Positions 27,770-36,073 of a stretch of DNA of 64,000 nt are shown in pieces. The DNA is from Candidatus Latescibacterota bacterium (GTDB lineage: Bacteria; Latescibacterota; UBA2968; UBA8231). The translations under genes and the position numbers were made by a program. Under the pieces are notes generated by a model. The model had not been told where the DNA came from and ran no database searches. It worked only from the letters and a program-made list of their open reading frames with translations. The stretch is from assembly GCA_965203175.1 (NCBI GenBank), contig OZ241867.1:1664001-1728000 (forward strand). The letters are read 5' to 3'. Position 1 is the first letter of the stretch. Every line of letters starts with the position of its first letter.

Positions 27770-28945
27770 TCACCAACGCGACGCGTCTCCGTGTAGCTCG
27801 TCGGGCAATCGGTAACTGATCCCCTCTTCATCGAGCACAGATATGTCGAGCATGGTCATAAAATTTTGGGTGCGCAGACCTTTGGCACGTTGCCCAGGTC
27901 CCCTAAGGGCATCAATAACCTCTTGGATCCTGCGCCGCATCCGCAAATACACCAATGTCCCGGTCGTCCGACTTTTGGGGAACATGAGTTGGTCGGCGAG
28001 TTCGTCTCCAAGCAATGCGCGCGAAAGGCGGTATCCATAGCTAAGCAGGGCCTTGCGCTCGTCTTTGTCTTCAATGCCGATCACTAAGGGGGCCGAGTTA
28101 ATCACCGAGTTGGCCATGGCAATGGCTTCCACGCCAAAGGGCGGCTCACACATGTAACCCACGCGGAATATCTCGCGGGCTTCGGCTTCATCGCGAAATA
28201 TGAGCGCGTCGGGCACTCCCATCAGCCAAGCGGTGTAGCGCCAGATTTGCATAAAACTGTCGCGCTCTTCGTCGTTTAGCCGCGCCCCAATCCTCCCCGC
28301 GGCCCACAGCATCATTCCAGAGAAGTTACAGGACGCGAGCGCGATGTGGGCAGCACTCAGCGGCATTCCGTGGGCTTCTTGGTCCCAGTCTTCAGAAACG
28401 AGCAACTGTTGCCTGACCCGCGCATGTACCAGCCGGATGCGGACGGACAGTTTCCAACCCTCGCCATGCCGATCTAGGCCGCCTGGTAACATAATCTCTA
28501 AGAGGTGCCGGATATTCTGCCGCAGCCGCCGCACACCCCGATCGGTTAGCCTCCCCGTGATAAAGAATGACTGACTGATTAGGGTCGTGAAACCCCGGAC
28601 GATGATATCAGTGACAAACGCGGTGAGAAACAGGTCTGAGTAGGCGTGGAATTTGCGGCATCCGGCATACACTACCTCGGGATCGAACCACTCAGGCGGC
28701 GTCCCAATCCGATCAAAGAACTCCCTCACTTCCTGCGGCACCGAGCGCAATGCCTCCTCGTCCTCATCCATCCCAGCCCTGATGAACTCGGCCTGCTGCT
28801 TTTGGTCGGCGGCAGCTATTGCATTGACCAAGGCATCGGCTTCGGGATCGCCGATGAGCATGTACTCGATGTACTTATCGGCAAGCTCAGGGTTGGACGC
28901 GCGGGCCTTTTCGTATCCGGGCTGGTATGCAACAGGTATCCTCAT
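27770..28945 (-). CDS. MpaB/Lcp (DUF2236)-like heme oxygenase
   Basis: GDPEAD, PPEWFD, RIRLVHARVR (His heme ligand as in Lcp), WRYTAWLMGV. Confidence 0.8.
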   Translation of the reverse strand: MRIPVAYQPGYEKARASNPELADKYIEYMLIGDPEADALVNAIAAADQKQQAEFIRAGMDEDEEALRSVPQEVREFFDRIGTPPEWFDPEVVYAGCRKFHAYSDLFLTAFVTDIIVRGFTTLISQSFFITGRLTDRGVRRLRQNIRHLLEIMLPGGLDRHGEGWKLSVRIRLVHARVRQQLLVSEDWDQEAHGMPLSAAHIALASCNFSGMMLWAAGRIGARLNDEERDSFMQIWRYTAWLMGVPDALIFRDEAEAREIFRVGYMCEPPFGVEAIAMANSVINSAPLVIGIEDKDERKALLSYGYRLSRALLGDELADQLMFPKSRTTGTLVYLRMRRRIQEVIDALRGPGQRAKGLRTQNFMTMLDISVLDEEGISYRLPDELHGDASRW

Positions 28946-28966
28946 GGGCTTATGAATCCTTATTTA

Positions 28967-29317
28967 CTATTCCCATTGTCCACTTGCCATAAGGCGTTTC
29001 ATTTCGGCAATGCCATTCCAGACACCTTTCGTCCGTGCTAATTCACAGCGCGTCCCTTGTCCATTGCTTGCCTCGACGTACACAATCACAGGCCATTCGT
29101 CAGGGTCGGATAAGCAGTCCTTTTGGTCGTGATCTACCTCAACGCTGAAAAAGTAGGCCCCATACAACGAGTGGCGGCAAAGTGGGAAACCGCAGTAATA
29201 CCAGCTAAAGAAGGGCCCAGGGGCTAGTTGGTCCACCTTTTCCGTGTCGAGGCTGCCGTTGGGCAATCTGAAAAGGCAAGATTTATTCAGGCCCGAATAA
29301 GAGAACATTTGTCTCAT
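28967..29317 (-). CDS. Hypothetical protein (possibly a mosaic remnant)
   Basis: 116-aa ORF upstream of the oxygenase; no recognised motif. Confidence 0.3.
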   Translation of the reverse strand: MRQMFSYSGLNKSCLFRLPNGSLDTEKVDQLAPGPFFSWYYCGFPLCRHSLYGAYFFSVEVDHDQKDCLSDPDEWPVIVYVEASNGQGTRCELARTKGVWNGIAEMKRLMASGQWE

Positions 29318-29405
29318 GGCATCTTCTTAACCGCCCGGGTAAGATAAAGGTGATGCCTGTCCTTTTCTGTCTTCAGAAAACGATAAGTCCCTGCTCAAAA
29401 GAAAT

Positions 29406-29525
29406 CAACGACGAAATCTATTTCCATTTGACCAGTAGCGACTTCCCAACTAGCGCCCTCTGCTGGGAGTGCCGCCTTCGACGCTGTACGGCAAAATGAG
29501 AAAGCTGGGTATTAAAAGTTCCTAG
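29406..29525 (+). pseudogene. Internally deleted relic of a second propeller-EBP gene
   Basis: 29406-29438 matches 20251-20283 (2 mismatches); 29458-29525 matches the EBP 3' end. Confidence 0.8.
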
Positions 29526-29591
29526 TCGTAGTACTCTTGACCCAAGTGGGTAATTAGATCTTCGCCCTGCAAGAAGCGCAGCGTGTTCTTG
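29458..29591. repeat. 134-bp direct repeat copy B
   Basis: Matches 21930-22063. Confidence 0.9.
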
Positions 29592-30853
29592 AGCTTCATG
29601 AGCTGGATAAAAAGGTCGTGCTCGGGATAGAGATCGGGCGCGGTCATTGGGCTCTTGAAGTAAAACGACAGCCACTCTTGGATCCCCGCCATCTGCGCGC
29701 GCTGCGCCAAGTCGGCAAACAGCACCAAGTCCAAGACCAGCGGTGCGGCGAGAATCGAATCGCGGCAGAGGAAATCGACCTTGATCTGCATGGGCATGCC
29801 CATCCAACCAAAGATGTCGATGTTGTCCCAACCTTCCTTCTCGTCGCCGCGCGGAGGATAGTAGTTGATCCGCACTTTGTGGTAAATATCGCCGTAGAGT
29901 TCGGGGTAGAGGTTGGGCTGCAAGATGAACTCCAGCACGTCGAGCTTGCTGACTTCCTTAGTCTTGAACGAATCCGGGTCGTCGAGCACCTCGCCGTCGC
30001 GATTGCCCAAGATGTTGGTCGAAAACCAGCCCTGCACGCCGAGCATCCGCGCCTTGAGACCCGGAGCTAGCAGGGTCTTCATCAGGGTCTGACCGGTCTT
30101 GAAGTCCTTGCCGCCGATGGGTACGCCCTTTTGCCGCGCCAATTCGACCATGGCCGGGACGTCCACGGTCAAGTTCGGCGCGCCGTTTAGGAAGGGCACA
30201 CCTTCCTGTAGGGCGGCGTACGCGTAGATCATGCTCGGGGGAATGGCCGGGTGGTTTTCCTCGATGGCTTTTTCGAGGCTCTCGATCTCGTTGTGTACTT
30301 CGTGGTGCTGCATGAATATCTCGGTGCTGCCGCACCAGATCATCACCAGCCGCTCGACGCCGTTGTCGGCCTTGAAGCGCTGGATGTCTTCGCGCACTTC
30401 TAGCACGGCATCCCACTTGCTCTTGGCGCTTTTGACGTTGGAGCCTTCGAGGCGGCGCACGTAATTGCGGTCAAAAACCGCGGGCATCGGCTTGACGGCC
30501 TTGAGCGGGTCCGCGATCTGGTCGAGCAGCCTCTGGTCCAAGACGCCAGCGTGGATGGCCGAGTCATAGCCGTCCTCTGGAAAGACGTCCCAGCCGCCGA
30601 AGACTAGGCTGTCGATGTCGGCCAAAGGCACGAAGTCCTTGATGAGCGGTGAGCGTCCTTCAGTGCGCTTGCCCAAGCGGATGGTGCCCATCTGGGTCAG
30701 CGAGCCGATGGGCTGGCCGATGCCGGCTTTGATGGCTTCGACGCCGGCGATAACCGTGGTGGCCACAGCGCCCATGCCGGGAATTAGGACGCCGAGTTTG
30801 CCCGTGGCCGGGGCGATGGATTTGGATTGGTTCACAGGAGTCTCCTTTTGCAT
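29522..30853 (-). CDS. ino1: Myo-inositol-1-phosphate synthase
   Basis: GMGAVATT, FGGWD, NGAPN, GKDFKTGQT, NILGNRDG, DSILAAPLVLDL, SFYFKSP. Confidence 0.95.
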   Translation of the reverse strand: MQKETPVNQSKSIAPATGKLGVLIPGMGAVATTVIAGVEAIKAGIGQPIGSLTQMGTIRLGKRTEGRSPLIKDFVPLADIDSLVFGGWDVFPEDGYDSAIHAGVLDQRLLDQIADPLKAVKPMPAVFDRNYVRRLEGSNVKSAKSKWDAVLEVREDIQRFKADNGVERLVMIWCGSTEIFMQHHEVHNEIESLEKAIEENHPAIPPSMIYAYAALQEGVPFLNGAPNLTVDVPAMVELARQKGVPIGGKDFKTGQTLMKTLLAPGLKARMLGVQGWFSTNILGNRDGEVLDDPDSFKTKEVSKLDVLEFILQPNLYPELYGDIYHKVRINYYPPRGDEKEGWDNIDIFGWMGMPMQIKVDFLCRDSILAAPLVLDLVLFADLAQRAQMAGIQEWLSFYFKSPMTAPDLYPEHDLFIQLMKLKNTLRFLQGEDLITHLGQEYYD

Positions 30854-30998
30854 GGAAGAGGTATTTCATTCGCCGCAAGATAAGATAGAGGGTTCTATTC
30901 ATTGAACAAATTAATTATTACTATGTAATTAATAGAAAAAATTTATAAATCGTACCCAGTCAAACGGGACGTGAGCAGAAATTGCAGCGGGATGGAAA

Positions 30999-31994
30999 TC
31001 AGGCGGCGAGGCGTTCTGGATCGGTGTCGCGCAGTTCCGCGAGGCGATCCAATAAGGGGTCTAGCTCCTTGTAGCTGGCCAGTTCGGCTCTGAGCTGCGC
31101 TGCGCCGCGCAAACCGCGGAAGTACCCGGCGTAGTGACGCCGCGTGCCGACCAGCGCCCCTTGTGGGCCGTCGTGTTCAACGGCCAGTCGCAGATGCTTG
31201 AGGCACAGCTCGGCGCGCTCCTGCCAGCTTGGTTCGGGCAAGAGCGCACCCGTCTTTAGATAGTGCTGAGATTCGCGGAAAATCCACGGGTGGCGGATGG
31301 CGCCGCGGCCGATCATCACCCCGTCGCACCCTGTGCTGTCGAAGGCGTGCTTAACCATTTGCGGCGAGGTCACGTCGCCGTTGAGAATGATCGGTATGGA
31401 GACCGCGGCCTTGACCTTGGGAATCCACTCGTAGTCCACCGCGCCCTTGTGGCCTTGCGCGCGGGTGCGGCAGTGGATAGCCAGCGCCTGCACGCCCAGG
31501 TCCTCGAGCATCTGGGCTACCTCGACGATGCGGATGCTGTGCTGGTCCCAGCCGAGGCGCGTCTTCACGGTCACCGGCAGGTGCGTCGCGCCGATGACGC
31601 GCGAGACGACCTCCTTCATCTGCGGCAAATCGCGCAACAGCCCGGCCCCGGCTCCGCGCAGCGCCACATTGCTCACCCAGCAGCCGCAGTTGATGTCGAT
31701 GAAGTCTGGATGCTGCGCACTGGCGATCTCAGCGGCTTTCTCCATGGACAGCGAGGCCGCGCCGTAGAGCTGGACCGCCAAGGGCCGCTCCGCTTCTGCA
31801 AAGCGCAGCTTGCGAAAAGCGCGCCGCGGCCCGTCGGGGTCCTCGCGCAACAATCCCTCGGCATTGACGAATTCGGTATAGACGATGTCGGCTCCCTGTT
31901 CCCTGCAAATCAGGCGGAACGGTAACTCAGAGACATCCTCCATGGGCGCGAGCAGGATGCCGGGATCAGCGGTTATTGGGCCGATGCGGAACAT
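30999..31994 (-). CDS. dusB: tRNA-dihydrouridine synthase (DusB-like)
   Basis: LAPMEDVS, IDINCGC, VTVKTRLGWD, NGDV, GVMIGRGA. Confidence 0.88.
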   Translation of the reverse strand: MFRIGPITADPGILLAPMEDVSELPFRLICREQGADIVYTEFVNAEGLLREDPDGPRRAFRKLRFAEAERPLAVQLYGAASLSMEKAAEIASAQHPDFIDINCGCWVSNVALRGAGAGLLRDLPQMKEVVSRVIGATHLPVTVKTRLGWDQHSIRIVEVAQMLEDLGVQALAIHCRTRAQGHKGAVDYEWIPKVKAAVSIPIILNGDVTSPQMVKHAFDSTGCDGVMIGRGAIRHPWIFRESQHYLKTGALLPEPSWQERAELCLKHLRLAVEHDGPQGALVGTRRHYAGYFRGLRGAAQLRAELASYKELDPLLDRLAELRDTDPERLAA

Positions 31995-32308
31995 TATTTC
32001 AACGTCGAGTAGGGCAATGCTTTCATCACTCGAACCTCCCGCCGGCGGATTAGCGGCCGAATCTGATCGACGATCTTGGCCCATTCTGGGCTACCGTAAT
32101 AGGCTTCAATCGCCTTGTCGCGGGCCTTGGCGTTGGGAAAGGCGCGAATCCAGATGAACTCGTCGTCGCGGTCGGGATTTTCCCACGCGGCGACAAACGT
32201 CACGCCGTACTTGGACATAAAGCGGCGCGCCTTGGCAAAGCCGGCGCGGAATTTCTTTTTGTTGTCGGCTCCCTTGTGGAAGCGGTAGATGCGCAATTCG
32301 TAGATCAT
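31994..32308 (-). CDS. NIPSNAP family protein
   Basis: MIYELRIY, YYGSPEW, LPYS. Confidence 0.8.
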   Translation of the reverse strand: MIYELRIYRFHKGADNKKKFRAGFAKARRFMSKYGVTFVAAWENPDRDDEFIWIRAFPNAKARDKAIEAYYGSPEWAKIVDQIRPLIRRREVRVMKALPYSTLK

Positions 32309-32319
32309 GCAATCTCTCC

Positions 32320-32901
32320 TTAGTAAATGGCGGTTTCGGCGACGACCACGTCCACGGGCACATCGTGCGGCTCGCCGGGAATGCAGTCTAGGACTAGCTC
32401 GTCGTAGCACAGCCCTATTTTGACGGCTTGTACCTGCGCGAGAAAGCGGTCGTAGTAGCCGCCGCCCCAACCGATGCGATGCCCGCGCCGGTCAAAGGCG
32501 AGGCCCGGCACCACGACCAAGTCGATCCGCGCTTCTGCGGGCAACCAAGTGGCCACGGCCGGATCGGGTTGCGCCAGCCCCCAAGGGCCGACGACAAGCT
32601 GGTCTAGGCCGTCGATCAGCGCATGGGCCAGCGTCTTTGTGCCCGACATCACCACCGGCACGGCCACGCGCTTGCCCTGCTTTAAGCAAGTGCAAATCAA
32701 CGCGCGGGTATCGACCTCGTTTTCCTTGCTGGAGACATAGGTGTGGACGAGTTTGGCCCGGCGGTACGCCTCCAGCCCCAATACCTTTTCTAGTATGGCC
32801 TGCCCGCCGACTTCCACTTGGCCGCGGTCCAAACCCATACGCACAGCTAGAACGCGCTTTCTGAGCCGTTCCTTGCGGGCGTGCGTCGCCTCCTTCTCCA
32901 T
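32320..32901 (-). CDS. 5-formyltetrahydrofolate cyclo-ligase
   Basis: VVPGLAFDRRGHRIGWGGGYYDRFL, EPHDVPVD. Confidence 0.93.
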   Translation of the reverse strand: MEKEATHARKERLRKRVLAVRMGLDRGQVEVGGQAILEKVLGLEAYRRAKLVHTYVSSKENEVDTRALICTCLKQGKRVAVPVVMSGTKTLAHALIDGLDQLVVGPWGLAQPDPAVATWLPAEARIDLVVVPGLAFDRRGHRIGWGGGYYDRFLAQVQAVKIGLCYDELVLDCIPGEPHDVPVDVVVAETAIY

Positions 32902-32908
32902 AAGTACC

Positions 32909-32937
32909 ATAATACTGGCACCTAGAAAGAGCGTCAA
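32909..32937 (-). promoter_or_regulatory. Sigma70 promoter, probably leaderless, for the cyclo-ligase operon
   Basis: TTGACG-N17-TATTAT with an ATG 7 nt downstream (32901). Confidence 0.7.
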
Positions 32938-32960
32938 GCGCGTCTGGCACCTAGGCTTGC

Positions 32961-32989
32961 TTGACTAATATGAGCCTTTCCCCTAGATT
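32961..32989 (+). promoter_or_regulatory. Sigma70 promoter of the uppS operon
   Basis: TTGACT-N17-TAGATT. Confidence 0.65.
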
Positions 32990-33095
32990 GACCAAGATGG
33001 GCGCGGCTTGTCTTCTCAGGACGAGACGCGCCCGAATCTATGACAGGGGCCGTGAATGGCCGCCACATAAACCCACCTAATCATTCTTTTACGCT

Positions 33096-33902
33096 ATGAG
33101 TGTTCAGGCGCTGCCGCTGGAAATTTCTCCACGCGAATACCACCCAGTAGAACCCCTCAATCCCGAAGAGGACTTCCGCATCCAGCAGCGCCTCAAGGAC
33201 GAGGGGAACCTGCCGCAACACATCGCCATTATCATGGACGGCGATAGGCGCTGGGCCGTCGAGCGCAATCTACCCAAGACCGAAGGACATCGCTTTGGCC
33301 GCGAGTCCGTGCGCGACATCGTCCGCGCCTGCGGCCAACTCCAAATTGAAGCACTGACCCTGTACACCTTCTCGACGGAGAACTGGTCCCGGCCCGAAGC
33401 AGAAGTCGCAGAGCTGATGCAGTGGCTGCACGAGTCGCTGCGCGACGAAGTGTCGGAACTCCACGAAAACAACGTATCGCTCAACGCCATAGGCCGCACC
33501 GACGCATTGTCGCCAACCATCCAATTGGCCTTAGAGCACGCCCTCGCTCAGACCAAAGACAACACCGGCCTCAAACTCAATTTGGCGCTCAACTACGGGG
33601 GCCGCAGCGAACTCGTCGACGCCTTCCGCAAGCTGGCCGTCGAAGTGGCGGCTGGGCGGCTCGCCCCAGAAGACATCGACGAGGAACAAATCAGCAGCGC
33701 CCTCTATACAGCCGACTTGCCAGACCCGGATTTGTTAATCCGCACCAGTGGCGAAATGCGGCTGAGCAACTTCCTGCCTTGGCAAATGGTCTATACTGAA
33801 ATTTGCTTTGTCGGCGACGTGCATTGGCCGGATTTTCGCCGCCAGCACCTGTACGAAGCCATTGCCGCCTATCAACAGCGACAGAGGCGCTTTGGCGGCT
33901 GA
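33096..33902 (+). CDS. uppS: Undecaprenyl diphosphate synthase (cis-prenyltransferase)
   Basis: HIAIIMDG, FSTENWSRP, NYGGR, DLLIRTSGEMRLSNF. Confidence 0.95.
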   Translation: MSVQALPLEISPREYHPVEPLNPEEDFRIQQRLKDEGNLPQHIAIIMDGDRRWAVERNLPKTEGHRFGRESVRDIVRACGQLQIEALTLYTFSTENWSRPEAEVAELMQWLHESLRDEVSELHENNVSLNAIGRTDALSPTIQLALEHALAQTKDNTGLKLNLALNYGGRSELVDAFRKLAVEVAAGRLAPEDIDEEQISSALYTADLPDPDLLIRTSGEMRLSNFLPWQMVYTEICFVGDVHWPDFRRQHLYEAIAAYQQRQRRFGG

Positions 33903-34728
33903 CACCGCGACAGAGTCCTCCGGCCTGCGGCAACGCGTCCTCGCGGCTGTCGTATTCGTGCCGGTGATCCTGCTGCTAGTCGAAGGGGCTAGCTGGGGGA
34001 TCTTCCTCTTGGTGTTGGCCGTGGCCGTGCGCTGCTCGTGGGAATACCACCACATCTTAGAGGAGGCCGGCTACCGACCCATCCGCCTGCCGGGCAGCTT
34101 GTTGGTCTTGGGTCTGTGCACCTACTTCTGGCGACATGGCACGGGCGACGGCCTCGCCGCATTGCTGATGGCGGCCATCTTGCTGGTCGTGGTGTGGGCC
34201 TTGTTCCAGGGCACACAGCGCTATGCGACCAACGCCTTTCTAACATTGGGCGGCGTGTTCTTTTTCGGCGTCTTGGGCAGTGCGCCGCTGCTGCTTTTTC
34301 AGGTGGCTGGTAAGGGCGAGGAGGCCCACCACTTGATAGCCGTGCTCTTTGTCTGCATCTGGCTCACGGATTCTGGGGCGTACTTCAGCGGTCGGTTTTG
34401 GGGCCGGGCCAAGCTGGCACCGGCGATCAGCCCTAATAAGACGCGGATCGGCTGCATCGGCGGCGTGGTCGGCAGCGCCCTGCCCTTGCCCTTGGGCTTT
34501 CTGCTGCCCTCCTTTTCTCCGGCGTCGCTGCTGGGGCTTTTGCTCGTCGCGGGCATTGGTGCGCAGGTAGGCGACCTGGTGGAATCGGCCTTTAAGCGCG
34601 ACATGGGCATCAAGGACGCGCCGATGCTGATCCCAGGCCACGGCGGCCTGCTCGACCGCTTTGACTCCTATTTTTTGGCCTTTCCGCTGGCGTATCTCTA
34701 CGTGGATGTGCTGGCTGTTTTTTCTTGA
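33892..34728 (+). CDS. cdsA: Phosphatidate cytidylyltransferase
   Basis: DSGAYFSG, ISPNKT, GDLVESAFKR, PGHGGLLDRFDS. Confidence 0.95.
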   Translation: MAADTATESSGLRQRVLAAVVFVPVILLLVEGASWGIFLLVLAVAVRCSWEYHHILEEAGYRPIRLPGSLLVLGLCTYFWRHGTGDGLAALLMAAILLVVVWALFQGTQRYATNAFLTLGGVFFFGVLGSAPLLLFQVAGKGEEAHHLIAVLFVCIWLTDSGAYFSGRFWGRAKLAPAISPNKTRIGCIGGVVGSALPLPLGFLLPSFSPASLLGLLLVAGIGAQVGDLVESAFKRDMGIKDAPMLIPGHGGLLDRFDSYFLAFPLAYLYVDVLAVFS

Positions 34729-34741
34729 GATGGATTAGAGT

Positions 34742-36052
34742 ATGTTGGATACCCTCACTACTATTGCCTCGTTTCTCATCGCCTTAGGCGTCTTGGTCTT
34801 TGTCCACGAGTTAGGCCACTTTCTGGTCGCCAAATGGGCGGGCATCCGCGTCGAGCGTTTCTCCTTGGGCTACCCGCCCAAAATGATCGGCTTTACCCGC
34901 GGCGAAACCGAGTACTGTATCTCTTGGATCCCCTTTGGCGGTTACGTCAAGGTAGCTGGCATGGCCGATGTGGGCAGCGAGGAAACCACTGGTGCGCACT
35001 GGGAATTTCCCTCTAGGTCGGTGGGAATCCGCATGGCGGTCATCGCCGCTGGCCCAGCCATGAACTTCCTCTTCGCCTTTGTGGCCCTGATCTTCCTCTT
35101 TAGCGTTTATGGAATCGACTCCTTCGATAGCACTCGCGTCAATCCCCAAGAGAATTCCCTCGCCGCCGAGGTCGGTCTGGTGCGCGGTGATCGCGTGCGC
35201 ACCGTAGGAGGCACACCCGTCGGCAATGCCTACGAACTGGCCAGCGCCTTGGACGAGATCGCAAACAGCGGTGCTAGGCTCGAAGTCGAACGCGACGGCA
35301 TCCTCTTGGACTTCGACCTGCCGCCTGCGGGAGACGAGGGCTACGGCGTGCTGCTAATGCGCCCTACGACGGTAGGGCACGTTGAGCCCGGGACGCCAGC
35401 CGACAGCCTCGGCTTGCAAGCGGGCGACATCATCCGCGCCGTCGGCCAAGCTCCAGTCGTGAGTTGGGCAGAGATGAGCGAGGAAATCCGCCGCTATCCG
35501 GGCGAGACGATTCCGTTGGTTTGGGAGCGCGACAGCCAGCGCATGGAACAGCTCGTTACCCCGGCAGCCCACCCCGAGGGCGACGCGTTCGTGGGGCGCA
35601 TTGGCATCGGTCCGCAGGTCTCGCGCCACACCGTCGGGTTGGGCCGATCGGTGGTGCTGGGGGGGCTGGGCGTGTACAATTCTTCTTGGCTGATCCTCGA
35701 CTTTTTGGGCGAGCTTTTCCAAGGCGACCGCTCGACCGATGAATTGGGCGGCCCCTTGCGCATCGCCCAGCTAGCTGGGCAGACCGCCGAGCAGGGCCTG
35801 GACTCCTTCGTCCGCTTTCTCGCCATACTCAGCGTCAACTTGGCGATTATCAACCTCCTGCCCATTCCCGTGCTCGACGGCGGCCACCTGACCTTCCTCA
35901 CGCTAGAGGCCATCATGCGCCGACCGCTCTCGTTGCGCCAGCGCGAGATCTTTCAGCAGATCGGCTTGGCCATCATGTTGTTCATCATGGTGCTGGTCAC
36001 GTTCAACGACCTCAATCAGATGGTCTTCCGCCGCATCGCGGAGATGTTCTAG
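34742..36052 (+). CDS. rseP: RIP metalloprotease RseP
   Basis: HELGH, two PDZ domains, NLLPIPVLDGG. Confidence 0.95.
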   Translation: MLDTLTTIASFLIALGVLVFVHELGHFLVAKWAGIRVERFSLGYPPKMIGFTRGETEYCISWIPFGGYVKVAGMADVGSEETTGAHWEFPSRSVGIRMAVIAAGPAMNFLFAFVALIFLFSVYGIDSFDSTRVNPQENSLAAEVGLVRGDRVRTVGGTPVGNAYELASALDEIANSGARLEVERDGILLDFDLPPAGDEGYGVLLMRPTTVGHVEPGTPADSLGLQAGDIIRAVGQAPVVSWAEMSEEIRRYPGETIPLVWERDSQRMEQLVTPAAHPEGDAFVGRIGIGPQVSRHTVGLGRSVVLGGLGVYNSSWLILDFLGELFQGDRSTDELGGPLRIAQLAGQTAEQGLDSFVRFLAILSVNLAIINLLPIPVLDGGHLTFLTLEAIMRRPLSLRQREIFQQIGLAIMLFIMVLVTFNDLNQMVFRRIAEMF

Positions 36053-36073
36053 TAGCTGCTTGCGCGGTTCGGC

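Larger units (their letters stand above)
18242..29521. mobile_element. Composite genomic island at the ino1 3' end; no integrase visible
   Basis: Flanked and subdivided by ino1 3'-end duplications; AT-rich spacers and gene fragments. Confidence 0.65.

Noticed and set aside
32944-32960. Sigma54 promoter CTGGCACCTAGGCTTGC
   Set aside because: GG-GC spacing is 11 nt rather than the required 10
32902-33095. 6S RNA upstream of the 5-FTHF cyclo-ligase (ssrS-ygfA synteny)
   Set aside because: The promoter sits directly at the start codon, leaving no room, and no 6S-like long rod is visible
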